This document shows positions 36,984 through 45,261 of a stretch of 64,000 nucleotides of DNA, one piece after another. The notes beneath the pieces are model-generated. The model worked only from the letters and a program-made list of their open reading frames with translations, had not been told where the DNA came from and made no database searches. Origin of the DNA: Candidatus Roseilinea sp. (lineage in GTDB: Bacteria; Chloroflexota; Anaerolineae; J036; Brachytrichaceae); assembly GCA_026003755.1 (NCBI GenBank), contig BPHV01000001.1:654393-718392 (forward strand), read 5' to 3'. Position 1 is the first letter of the stretch, and each line of letters starts with the position of its first letter. Made by a program: the position numbers and the translations under genes.

Positions 36984-38600
36984 ATGCAAGTTCAGCACCA
37001 AGCAAACGCCGCAGCCGAGATCCCGCTCGAGCAGCCCACCAACCATCGCCGTGAGATCATCGGCTGGGCGATGTATGACTGGGCGAACAGCGCCTTCAGC
37101 ACCACTGTGGGCACGGTGTTCCTGGGCCCGTATCTGGCCTCGCTGGCCGACGCAGCAGCCAAGGCCAGCCCCGATGGCCAGGCGCGCTTCTTCGGCCTGC
37201 CGGTCGCGCCGGACTCGTTCTTGCCCTACTGCATCGCGTTCTCGGTCGTGCTGCAAGCCGGCTTCTTGCCCATCCTCGGCGCCATCGCCGACTATGCTCA
37301 CCGCCGCAAACAGATGTTGCAACGCTTCGCGATCATCGGCGGCCTGGCGACGACGCTGTTGTTCTTTGTGCAGGGCGACCTGTGGTGGCTGGGCGGCGTG
37401 CTGTTCATCCTCGCCAACGTGTGCTTCGGCGCCGCCATCGTCTTTTACAACGCCTATCTGCCCGACATCGCCAGCGAGGAAACGCGCGACCGCGTGTCGT
37501 CCTTCGGCTGGGCCATGGGCTATCTGGGCGGCGGGGTGCTGCTCGTCATCAACCTGCTCCTCTTCTTGCTGCGCGACCGTCTCGGCCTGGACAGCGGCCT
37601 GGCCGTGCGCATCAACCTGGCCTCGGCCGGCATTTGGTGGCTGGGCTGGTCGGTCTGGACGTGGCTCACGCTGCGCCCGCGTCATCGTGCGCGCCGGCTT
37701 CCGCCCGGCAAGAGCATCTTGCGCGTCGCCTTCGATCAGCTCGGCGAGACGATGGAGACGCCCCCGCGCACGGTCGCCGGTTTGCTGCTCTCGCCGCTGC
37801 TCGTGTTCGTCCTCTTCCCGTTGGTCTCGGCGCTCAGGCTGCCCCTCGAAGCGATCTTCATCGCGGTCGTCGGCCCGGTCATCATGATCGGCGTCTTTCT
37901 GTGGCGCAAGTCGCGCAGCCGGCCACAGACCGCCAAGTTCCTGCTGGCCTATCTCATCTACAACGACGGCATCCAGACGGTGATCGGCGCGGCCACGTTG
38001 TTCGCCGCAGCGCCGGCCATTCGCGGCGGCCTGGGCATCCCGGTCGAACGGCTCACGCTGCTGATCTTGATGATCCAGTTCGTCGCGTTCTTCGGCGCGC
38101 TGTTCTTCGGCGCGCTGGCCGGCCGCATCGGCGGCCAGCGCGCCCTCATCGCCAGCTTGGTCATTTGGAGCAGCGCGGTCATCTACGCCTTCCTGGGGAT
38201 GCGCGACTACCGCCCTGCGGCGCTGGGCATCCCGCGCGCCGAGCTGGAGTTCTGGATTCTCGGCGCGATGATCGCGACCGTGCTCGGCGGCAGCCAGGCG
38301 CTCAGCCGCAGCTTGTTCGCGCAGATGATTCCGAAGAACCAGGAAGCCGAATTCTTCTCGATCTATGAGATCAGCGAACGCGGCACATCGTGGATGGGTC
38401 CTTTCCTGTTCGGCTTCGTCAATCAGGTCGTCGGCAACTTACGCCCGGCGATTCTGTCCGTGGTGATCTTCTTCGTGGTCGGCCTGGCCATCTTATTGAC
38501 TGTGAACATGGCGCGCGCGATCGCCGAATCCGGGCGACGCGAAGAGGAGCCGGCGCGCCGCACCGTCGCCGAGGAGCAACCCGCGCAAGCCCCGGCATGA
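36984..38600 (+). CDS. MFS transporter, UMF1/Atg22-like family
   Basis: From ATG 36984 the EIIGWAMYDWANSAFSTTVGTVFLGPYL opening is typical of UMF1 proteins. About 12 predicted TM segments. Confidence 0.75.
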   Translation: MQVQHQANAAAEIPLEQPTNHRREIIGWAMYDWANSAFSTTVGTVFLGPYLASLADAAAKASPDGQARFFGLPVAPDSFLPYCIAFSVVLQAGFLPILGAIADYAHRRKQMLQRFAIIGGLATTLLFFVQGDLWWLGGVLFILANVCFGAAIVFYNAYLPDIASEETRDRVSSFGWAMGYLGGGVLLVINLLLFLLRDRLGLDSGLAVRINLASAGIWWLGWSVWTWLTLRPRHRARRLPPGKSILRVAFDQLGETMETPPRTVAGLLLSPLLVFVLFPLVSALRLPLEAIFIAVVGPVIMIGVFLWRKSRSRPQTAKFLLAYLIYNDGIQTVIGAATLFAAAPAIRGGLGIPVERLTLLILMIQFVAFFGALFFGALAGRIGGQRALIASLVIWSSAVIYAFLGMRDYRPAALGIPRAELEFWILGAMIATVLGGSQALSRSLFAQMIPKNQEAEFFSIYEISERGTSWMGPFLFGFVNQVVGNLRPAILSVVIFFVVGLAILLTVNMARAIAESGRREEEPARRTVAEEQPAQAPA

Positions 38601-38608
38601 CCCGCGCA

Positions 38609-38614
38609 TAAAAT
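38609..38614 (+). promoter_or_regulatory. candidate -10 box (TAAAAT) 6 nt before GTG 38621, suggesting a leaderless mRNA
   Basis: Sequence is gcaTAAAATtggcgcGTGcgttct. Confidence 0.3.
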
Positions 38615-38620
38615 TGGCGC

Positions 38621-41600
38621 GTGCGTTCTATCCCTAACGACCACCCGCTGGCGCGGGCGCTTGCGCGCCATGTGGCCGGCGAAGTCCGCTTCGACGCACC
38701 GACCCGCCTCATCTACAGCACCGACGCCAGCAACTACCAAATGATGCCGCTGGGTGTGGTGCTGCCGAAAACCCCGGATGACGTGACCGTCACGGTGGCG
38801 CTGTGCGCAGAACACGGCACACCGATTACCCCGCGCGGCGGCGGCAGCAGTTTGTGCGGCTCATCCATCGGCCCAGGCGTGGTCATTGACTTCACCAAGT
38901 ACATGGACGCGCTGCTCGACCTGGACGTCGGCGGGCGCGCGGTCCGCGTGCAGCCGGGCATGGTGCTGGGACAGTTGAACAAACGCCTGGCACAACACGG
39001 GCTGCAGTTCGGCCCTGACCCAGCCAGCGCCGAACGCGCCGCTGTCGGCGGCGTGATCGGCGCCAACGCGACCGGCGCGCATTCCATCCGCTACGGCATG
39101 ACCGCCGACAACGTCACCGCGCTCGGCGTGGTGTTGGCCGATGGGACGCCGGCGGAGTTCGGCCCAAACGAGTACAACACGGGGATGGGAGGACAAGGGG
39201 ACGCGGGGAATCACCCGGCCACCTTGTCTCCGCGGCACTTGGTTGAGAGAGTACAGGGGATCGTCCGTCGCTGGGAAGAAGCGATCCGCCGCGACTTTCC
39301 CAAGGTATGGCGACGCGCCAGCGGCTACAACCTAGACTACGTGGCCGAGATGCTGACCTACGATCCGGCCCGGCCGACCGCCTGTTTGACCGAAGCGAAC
39401 GCCAGGCGACAGGGCGAGAACTTGGAGAATCATCTGCGACAGGTCAGCCGACTGAACTTGGCGCCGTTGTTTGCCGGGGCAGAGGGCACGTTAGGCGTCG
39501 TGGTCGAAGCCACGCTGCACCTGTTCCCCAAGCCCAAGCGCGCGGCGCTGGTCATCGTTGCGTTCGATGCGCTGGTCGAGGCGATGCGTGCCGTGCCGGC
39601 GCTGCTCACGACAAATCCTGCGGCCATCGAGCTGATCGGCGGCATGTTCATCCGCATTGCGCGCGAGCTGCCGGAGTGTCGCGGGCGAGTCGGTTGGCTG
39701 GACGGCCAGGCCACGCCGGAGGGGCTGCTGGTCGTCGAATTCGACGGCGAGAGCGAGGCCGATGTGCGCGCCGGCGTCGAGCGCCTCCGCCAACTGGTCG
39801 CGCGCGAGCATCTGCCCTGCGCATTGCGCCCGCTGTTCGACCCGGCAGCGCAGGCCGATGTGTGGTATGTGCGCAAGATCGGCCTGAACGTGCTGACGAG
39901 CATCCGCAGCCAGGCCAAGCCGGTCAGCGTCGTGGAGGACGTCGCCGTGCCGGTGGAACGGCTGGCCGAATACGTCGAGCGGCTCAGCGCGATCTTCGCC
40001 GCGCACGGCACCGAGGGCGCGTTCTACGCCCACGCCAGCGCCGGCGTCCTACATGTTAGGCCGCTAGTCAATCTGCGCACGTCGCACGGTGTGGCACAGC
40101 TTAAAGGCATTGCCCGCGATGCGCTCGCGCTCTGCCGCGAGTTGGGCGGGGCGATGAGCGGCGAACACGGCGACGGCTATGAGCGCTCGCATCAGAACGA
40201 AGCGCTCTTCGGCCCCGACGTATATCAGGCGTTCTGCGCGCTCAAGGATGCCTTCGACCCACGCGGGCTGCTCAACCCCGGCAAGAAGGTGCGCGCGGCC
40301 GAGATGGAGTCGCATCTGCGCTATGGCCCAGACTACGCCGCCCGCTCCCTGCCAACCACCTTCGCCTTTCGCCGAGACGGCGGCTTTGTGGAGCTGGTGG
40401 AGCAGTGCAACGGCAACGGCGTATGCCGCAAGCCAGCCGGAGGCGTGATGTGCCCGTCATATCGCGCCACGCGCGAGGAGATGCACAGCACCCGCGGGCG
40501 GGCCAATCTGCTGCGCGAGTTCTTGTCGGAGAAGAGATTAGAGATTCAAGATTCGAGACTCGATCACTCCCCAATCGCCAATCTCCACTCCCCAATCTCT
40601 AATCTCCAATCTCCAAAACCTTCACCGGATGACGTCAAAGCCGCCCTCGACCTCTGCCTGAGCTGCAAGGCCTGCGCTACCGAGTGCGCCGCCGGCATGG
40701 ACATGAGTAAGCTGAAGAGCGAGTTCCTGGCGCACTTTTACGAAACCCGCGGCCTGCCGCTGCGCGCCTGGCTGCTGGGGAGGATCGCGTCATTCGCGCC
40801 CCTCGCGTCGGCGTTCGCGCCGCTTTCCAACTGGCTGGTGAACCGCGCGCTGAGCAAGCGCCTGCTGCGCATCGCGCCGGAGCGCGCGCTGCCGGCGTTC
40901 CAACGCCAAACGTTCGACCGTTGGTGGGCGCGCGCGGCTCATGCGCGCCCATCGAACGCGACCAGGCCGCGGGTAGTGCTGTTCGTGGACACCTTCTCGC
41001 GATACCACCACCCCCAAGTCGCCATCGCTGCGGTGCAAGTGCTCGAAGCGGCCGGCCGCGCGGTGATCGTGCCGCCCTGGCGGTGCTGTGGCCGGCCGCT
41101 CCTCTCGCAAGGCCAACCGAAAGCAGTGTTGTCCTGGGCGCGCTTCAACCTGGCGCAGCTCGCGCCGCTGGCCCGGCAGGGCGTGCCCATCCTCGGCCTT
41201 GAGCCAAGCTGCATCAGCGCGCTGCGCGACGACTATCCCGATCTACTCCCAGGCGAGGATGCCGAGATCGTGGCGCAAATGACGCAGAGCGTCGAGGAGT
41301 TCCTCGTCGCGCAGGGCGTATCCTTCCCCGCGCCGCGAAACGACGCCAGGCCAGGGCTATTGCTCCACGGCCATTGCCATCAAAAGGCGCTGTGGGGCAC
41401 CCGCGCCACGCGCACACTTTTAACATCCGCCGGCTATGACGTGCGCGAGGTGGATTCGACGTGTTGCGGGATGGCCGGCGCGTTCGGCTACGAGGCGGAG
41501 CACTACGCGCTGTCGCGGCGGATCGGCGAGCTGGCGCTGTTGCCGGCTGTGCGAGCGGCCGGCGCCGAGACGCTGATCGTCGCGCCGGGCACCTCATGCC

Positions 41601-41674
41601 GAGAGCAGATCGCGCATTTCACCGGCCGCGCTGCGCTCCATCCGGTCGAGGTCATCGCCCGGCATTTGGCATGA
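38621..41674 (+). CDS. fused FAD-linked oxidase / 4Fe-4S / CCG-domain oxidoreductase (E. coli YdiJ-like, GlcD-GlcF fusion type)
   Basis: 1017 aa. FAD-binding PCMH region (ITPRGGGSSLCGSSIG), oxidase C-terminal region (GGAMSGEHGDGYERS), CLSCKACATEC cluster, then CCG-type Cys motifs (CCGRP, CCGMAG). Confidence 0.8.
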   Translation: MRSIPNDHPLARALARHVAGEVRFDAPTRLIYSTDASNYQMMPLGVVLPKTPDDVTVTVALCAEHGTPITPRGGGSSLCGSSIGPGVVIDFTKYMDALLDLDVGGRAVRVQPGMVLGQLNKRLAQHGLQFGPDPASAERAAVGGVIGANATGAHSIRYGMTADNVTALGVVLADGTPAEFGPNEYNTGMGGQGDAGNHPATLSPRHLVERVQGIVRRWEEAIRRDFPKVWRRASGYNLDYVAEMLTYDPARPTACLTEANARRQGENLENHLRQVSRLNLAPLFAGAEGTLGVVVEATLHLFPKPKRAALVIVAFDALVEAMRAVPALLTTNPAAIELIGGMFIRIARELPECRGRVGWLDGQATPEGLLVVEFDGESEADVRAGVERLRQLVAREHLPCALRPLFDPAAQADVWYVRKIGLNVLTSIRSQAKPVSVVEDVAVPVERLAEYVERLSAIFAAHGTEGAFYAHASAGVLHVRPLVNLRTSHGVAQLKGIARDALALCRELGGAMSGEHGDGYERSHQNEALFGPDVYQAFCALKDAFDPRGLLNPGKKVRAAEMESHLRYGPDYAARSLPTTFAFRRDGGFVELVEQCNGNGVCRKPAGGVMCPSYRATREEMHSTRGRANLLREFLSEKRLEIQDSRLDHSPIANLHSPISNLQSPKPSPDDVKAALDLCLSCKACATECAAGMDMSKLKSEFLAHFYETRGLPLRAWLLGRIASFAPLASAFAPLSNWLVNRALSKRLLRIAPERALPAFQRQTFDRWWARAAHARPSNATRPRVVLFVDTFSRYHHPQVAIAAVQVLEAAGRAVIVPPWRCCGRPLLSQGQPKAVLSWARFNLAQLAPLARQGVPILGLEPSCISALRDDYPDLLPGEDAEIVAQMTQSVEEFLVAQGVSFPAPRNDARPGLLLHGHCHQKALWGTRATRTLLTSAGYDVREVDSTCCGMAGAFGYEAEHYALSRRIGELALLPAVRAAGAETLIVAPGTSCREQIAHFTGRAALHPVEVIARHLA
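39181..39240 (+). repeat. G-rich in-frame module, copy 2 (inside the ydiJ-like gene)
   Basis: GGGGATGGGAGGACAAGGGGACGCGG ... CCTTGTCTCCGCGG. The internal inverted repeat is GGAGGACAAGG / CCTTGTCTCC. Translated as GMGGQGDAGNHPATLSPRHL. Confidence 0.5.
40534..40617 (+). repeat. inverted heptamer array inside the ydiJ-like CDS: (GAGATTN)x4, spacer, (CTCCAAT-like)x7
   Basis: Units read gagatta gagattc aagattc gagactc gatcact ccccaat cgccaat ctccact ccccaat ctctaat ctccaat ctccaaa. Total 84 nt = 28 codons (LEIQDSRLDHSPIANLHSPISNLQSPK). Confidence 0.85.
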
Positions 41675-41792
41675 CGCCGAAGCCATCTGCAAGCGCAGGG
41701 CATGCGCCTGGGATGCGACTATTTGTGATAAACTTCTCAAGCGGAATCGAACGAGCAGGCCGTATGCCGCGTCTCGTCAAGCTCAAGGAACC

Positions 41793-42164
41793 ATGAACGA
41801 TTTTCTCCCGGTCTTCATCCTGATATTCCTTTCCACGGCGCTGGCGGTCCTCGTCGTCTTCATCTCGATCCTATTCGGGCCGCGCCGCCGGGCGAACAAC
41901 CTCATGAAGATTCAGCCTTACGAGAGCGGCATGCGCGCCATCGGCCAAGGCCAACGACGCTTCCCGGTGCGTTTCTACCTGATCGCTGTGCTCTTCATCC
42001 TGTTCGACATCGAGGTGATCTTCTTCTACCCTTGGGCAGTGGCATTCCGACAGTTGGGCTGGTTCGGGCTGATTGAGATGCTGATCTTCGTCGGCATCTT
42101 GTTGGTGGGTTACTTTTGGATTTGGAAGAAGGGCGCGCTGGAATGGGAAACCATGGACAAATGA
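41793..42164 (+). CDS. nuoA: NADH-quinone oxidoreductase subunit A
   Basis: 123-aa, 3-TM ORF with PYESGM and FDIEVIFFYPWA motifs. Confidence 0.95.
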   Translation: MNDFLPVFILIFLSTALAVLVVFISILFGPRRRANNLMKIQPYESGMRAIGQGQRRFPVRFYLIAVLFILFDIEVIFFYPWAVAFRQLGWFGLIEMLIFVGILLVGYFWIWKKGALEWETMDK

Positions 42165-42166
42165 GG

Positions 42167-42198
42167 CATTGAGGATCGCGCATGCGCGATCCTCAATG
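42167..42198. repeat. perfect 32-nt palindrome between nuoA and nuoB
   Basis: CATTGAGGATCGCGCATGCGCGATCCTCAATG equals its own reverse complement. It starts 3 nt after the nuoA stop and ends 4 nt before the nuoB RBS AAGGAG. Confidence 0.95.
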
Positions 42199-42215
42199 GG
42201 GCAAGGAGTTTGGGA

Positions 42216-42698
42216 ATGGGACTGGAACAGAAACTGGGCGATATGGGCATCGTCACCACTTCGCTGGAGAAGGCGGTGAACTGGGCGCGGTCGAACGCGA
42301 TCTGGCCGATGCTGTTCGGGCTGGCGTGCTGTGCGATCGAGATGATGAGCACCCAGGCGTCGCGCTACGACTTGTCACGATTCGGCATGGAGCTGATGCG
42401 AGCCAGCCCGCGCCAAAGCGACCTGATGATCGTAGCCGGCCGGGTGAGCCGAAAGATGGCGCCGGTGCTGCGCAATCTCTACGACCAAATGCCCGACCCC
42501 AAGTGGGTGATCGCCATGGGCGATTGCGCTTCGTGTGGCGGCGTGTTCAACAACTATGCCATCGTGCAGGGCGTGGACGAGATCGTGCCGGTGGACGTAT
42601 ACGTGGCCGGCTGCCCCCCGCGCCCGGAGACGCTCATTGACGGCATCATGAAGCTGCAAGAGAAAATTCGGCACGAACCGCTGAAGAAGTGGCAGTGA
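42216..42698 (+). CDS. nuoB: NADH-quinone oxidoreductase subunit B
   Basis: Contains [15 protein letters not shown] and GCPPRPE motifs. ATG 42216 lies 7 nt after AAGGAG; the track's TTG 42210 is less likely. Confidence 0.95.
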   Translation: MGLEQKLGDMGIVTTSLEKAVNWARSNAIWPMLFGLACCAIEMMSTQASRYDLSRFGMELMRASPRQSDLMIVAGRVSRKMAPVLRNLYDQMPDPKWVIAMGDCASCGGVFNNYAIVQGVDEIVPVDVYVAGCPPRPETLIDGIMKLQEKIRHEPLKKWQ

Positions 42699-42750
42699 GC
42701 TGCTATCGTGCGCCAAGCGAGAACGCGCGGCGCAATACAGAGTACCGACG

Positions 42751-43260
42751 ATGAATCACCCTCTCAGTGAGCTGCTCCAGTCTGCGCTGGGCGATGCCAT
42801 CAGCCAGGTCACCCTCTTCCGCGACGAGGTGACGCTGCACACATCCCGCGAACGCATCCTCGACGTGCTGACCCACCTGCGCGACGTGCAGCAGTTCGAC
42901 ATGCTGACCGACGAGACGTGCGTGGATTACTACCCACGTGAGCCGCGCTTCGGCATCCTGTATCAGTTGTATTCAATCCCGCGCAATCTTCGCGTGCGCG
43001 TCAAGGTGATGCTGAGCGAATACGACGCCCGCCTCCCGTCCGCCGTGCCGGTGTACCGCAACGCCAACTGGCTAGAGCGCGAGATCTACGACCTGTTCGG
43101 GATTCAATTTGAAGGCCACCCCGACCTGCGCCGCATCCTGCTGCCGCCCGATTACCCCGGCCACCCGCTGCGCAAAGAGGTGCCGGTGACGGTGGAGGAA
43201 AACGCTTTCTCGTTCAACCGCGCGCGCATTGACGCCGCCAAACCCTACGCAACGGAGTAA
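42751..43260 (+). CDS. nuoC: NADH-quinone oxidoreductase subunit C
   Basis: Contains ANWLEREIYDLFGIQFEGHPDLRRILL. Confidence 0.95.
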   Translation: MNHPLSELLQSALGDAISQVTLFRDEVTLHTSRERILDVLTHLRDVQQFDMLTDETCVDYYPREPRFGILYQLYSIPRNLRVRVKVMLSEYDARLPSAVPVYRNANWLEREIYDLFGIQFEGHPDLRRILLPPDYPGHPLRKEVPVTVEENAFSFNRARIDAAKPYATE

Positions 43261-43318
43261 AGCGTCGGGTTGGGCCAAGCGCAACTGGCGCGCCCTGAGT
43301 TCAGTGACCTGATCCAAA

Positions 43319-44608
43319 ATGACAATCGTGGAATCCCCCATTCGAGTCGAGGACGCCCCACAGAACGCGGTGCGCGTGGAGGATGTCCAACTCGACATCA
43401 CCCTGGAGCAGTTGAAGAAGGTGGTCAGCCCGCGCGCGCTGACCGGCGAAACCATGCTGCTCAACATGGGCCCACAGCACCCCAGCACCCATGGCGTGCT
43501 CCGGCTGCTGCTCGAGCTGGACGGCGAGACCATCGTCAGTTGCATCCCCGACATCGGTTATCTGCACACCGGCATCGAGAAGACGGCCGAGGGCAAGACC
43601 TATCTCAAGGTCATTCCGCTCACCGACCGCACCGACTACCTGGCCCCGATGAGCAACAACCTGGCCTTCTGCGGCGCCGTGGAAAAGCTGGTGGGCATTG
43701 ACGTTCCGATCCGCGCGCAGTATCTGCGCGTGATCCTGATGGAGCTGACGCGCATGAACAGCCATTTGGTATGGCTGGGCACGCATGCACTGGACATCGG
43801 CGCGATGAGCGTGTTCCTCTATTGCATGCGCGAACGGGAGATGATCCTCGACATCTACGAAGCCGTCAGCGGCGCGCGCATGATGAGCAGCTACATCCGC
43901 CCTGGCGGCCTGTGGCGCGACGTGCCGGCGCACTTCCCGCAGTTGGTGCAGCGCGTGCTCGACGTCTTCCCCGGGCGAATCCTGGAATACGAGAAATTGT
44001 TGAAGGAGAACCCGCTATGGAAGGAGCGCACCGTCGGCATCGGCAAGATCAGCGCCCAGGACGCCATCGCCTGGGGGATGACCGGCCCATGCCTGCGCGG
44101 CAGCGGCGTGAATTACGACGTCCGCAAGGCGCAGCCGTATTCGAGCTACGACCACTTCGAGTTCAGCGTGCCGCTGGGAAGCCACGGGGACGTCTACGAC
44201 CGCTACAAGTGCCGGATGGAAGAGTTCAACCAGTCGCTCAAGATCATCAAGCAAGCGATGGATCGCCTGCCGCCCGGCCCGGTGATGACCGACGATCGCA
44301 AGGTAGCCCCGCCGCCCAAGCACGAGATCGCCTACTCGATGGAATCGCTGATTCATCACTTCAAGTTGTGGACCGAAGGCTTTCGAGCGCCGGAGGGCGA
44401 GGTGTATTTCGCCGTCGAGAGCGGCAAGGGGGAGTATGGCGTGTTGCTCAGCGGCGACGGCTCGCCCAAGCCGCGCCGCGTGCATTTCCGCGCGCCGTCG
44501 TTTCACAATCTGCAGCCGCTGGGTGAGATTAGCAAAGGCGCCCTGCTGGCCGACATCGTCGCCATCATCGGTTCAATTGACATCGTGCTGGGAGATGTAG
44601 ATCGCTAG
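43319..44608 (+). CDS. nuoD: NADH-quinone oxidoreductase subunit D
   Basis: Contains LNMGPQHPSTHGVLRL and the C-terminal IIGSIDIVLGDVDR. Confidence 0.95.
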   Translation: MTIVESPIRVEDAPQNAVRVEDVQLDITLEQLKKVVSPRALTGETMLLNMGPQHPSTHGVLRLLLELDGETIVSCIPDIGYLHTGIEKTAEGKTYLKVIPLTDRTDYLAPMSNNLAFCGAVEKLVGIDVPIRAQYLRVILMELTRMNSHLVWLGTHALDIGAMSVFLYCMREREMILDIYEAVSGARMMSSYIRPGGLWRDVPAHFPQLVQRVLDVFPGRILEYEKLLKENPLWKERTVGIGKISAQDAIAWGMTGPCLRGSGVNYDVRKAQPYSSYDHFEFSVPLGSHGDVYDRYKCRMEEFNQSLKIIKQAMDRLPPGPVMTDDRKVAPPPKHEIAYSMESLIHHFKLWTEGFRAPEGEVYFAVESGKGEYGVLLSGDGSPKPRRVHFRAPSFHNLQPLGEISKGALLADIVAIIGSIDIVLGDVDR

Positions 44609-44666
44609 CTGCGAGCTTTGCGTGCTCCTACGCACCAGCCCACAGCTCATCGCTTACAGATGGACT

Positions 44667-45143
44667 ATGCTGAAAGAAAAGCGAGCCGCCGACATTGAGA
44701 AAGTGCTGGCCAAGTACCCGCCCGAGCGCAAGCGCAGCGCCGTCATGCCGCTGCTATACATCGCACAGGAGGAATACGGCTACTGCAGCGATGAGGCCAT
44801 CCGCGAAGTGGCCGAGATCATCGGCTGCGACCCGACCGAGGTGAAGAGCATCGTCGGCTTCTACACCATGTTCTACGAGCAGCCGGTCGGCCGGTATGTG
44901 ATTGACGTGTGCGACGACCTGCCCTGCGCGTTGCGCGGCGCAGGCCAGTTCGTGACCTACTGCGAGAAGAAGCTGGGCATCCGCGCCGGGCAGACCACCC
45001 CCGACGGCAAGTTCACCCTGAACACCGTGATGTGCATCGCCGCATGCGACCGCGCGCCGGTGGCGCAGGTGAACCGCGAGTATCGCTACGATCTCACCGA
45101 GGAATCGTTCGACCGGATGCTCGACGAACTTTCACGGAGCTAG
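44667..45143 (+). CDS. nuoE: NADH-quinone oxidoreductase subunit E
   Basis: From ATG 44667 (MLKEKRAADIEKVL). 2Fe-2S cysteines lie in DVCDDLPCALRG and MCIAACDRAP. Confidence 0.9.
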   Translation: MLKEKRAADIEKVLAKYPPERKRSAVMPLLYIAQEEYGYCSDEAIREVAEIIGCDPTEVKSIVGFYTMFYEQPVGRYVIDVCDDLPCALRGAGQFVTYCEKKLGIRAGQTTPDGKFTLNTVMCIAACDRAPVAQVNREYRYDLTEESFDRMLDELSRS

Positions 45144-45261
45144 ACATGAGACCGACTTTTCAAGCGCCTGCTGCGACCGATGTGAGCTATCTCGGCTTGG
45201 CCGTGTCGGCTCAGTAATGTAACGCAATGTTGGCTGAATGTGAGGTGTGGAGTGAAGGAGA

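Noticed and set aside
45144-45261. An unusually long (118-nt) nuoE-nuoF spacer as a hidden small gene or regulatory RNA.
   Set aside because: It has no convincing ORF, hairpin or repeat. Only the nuoF RBS is evident.
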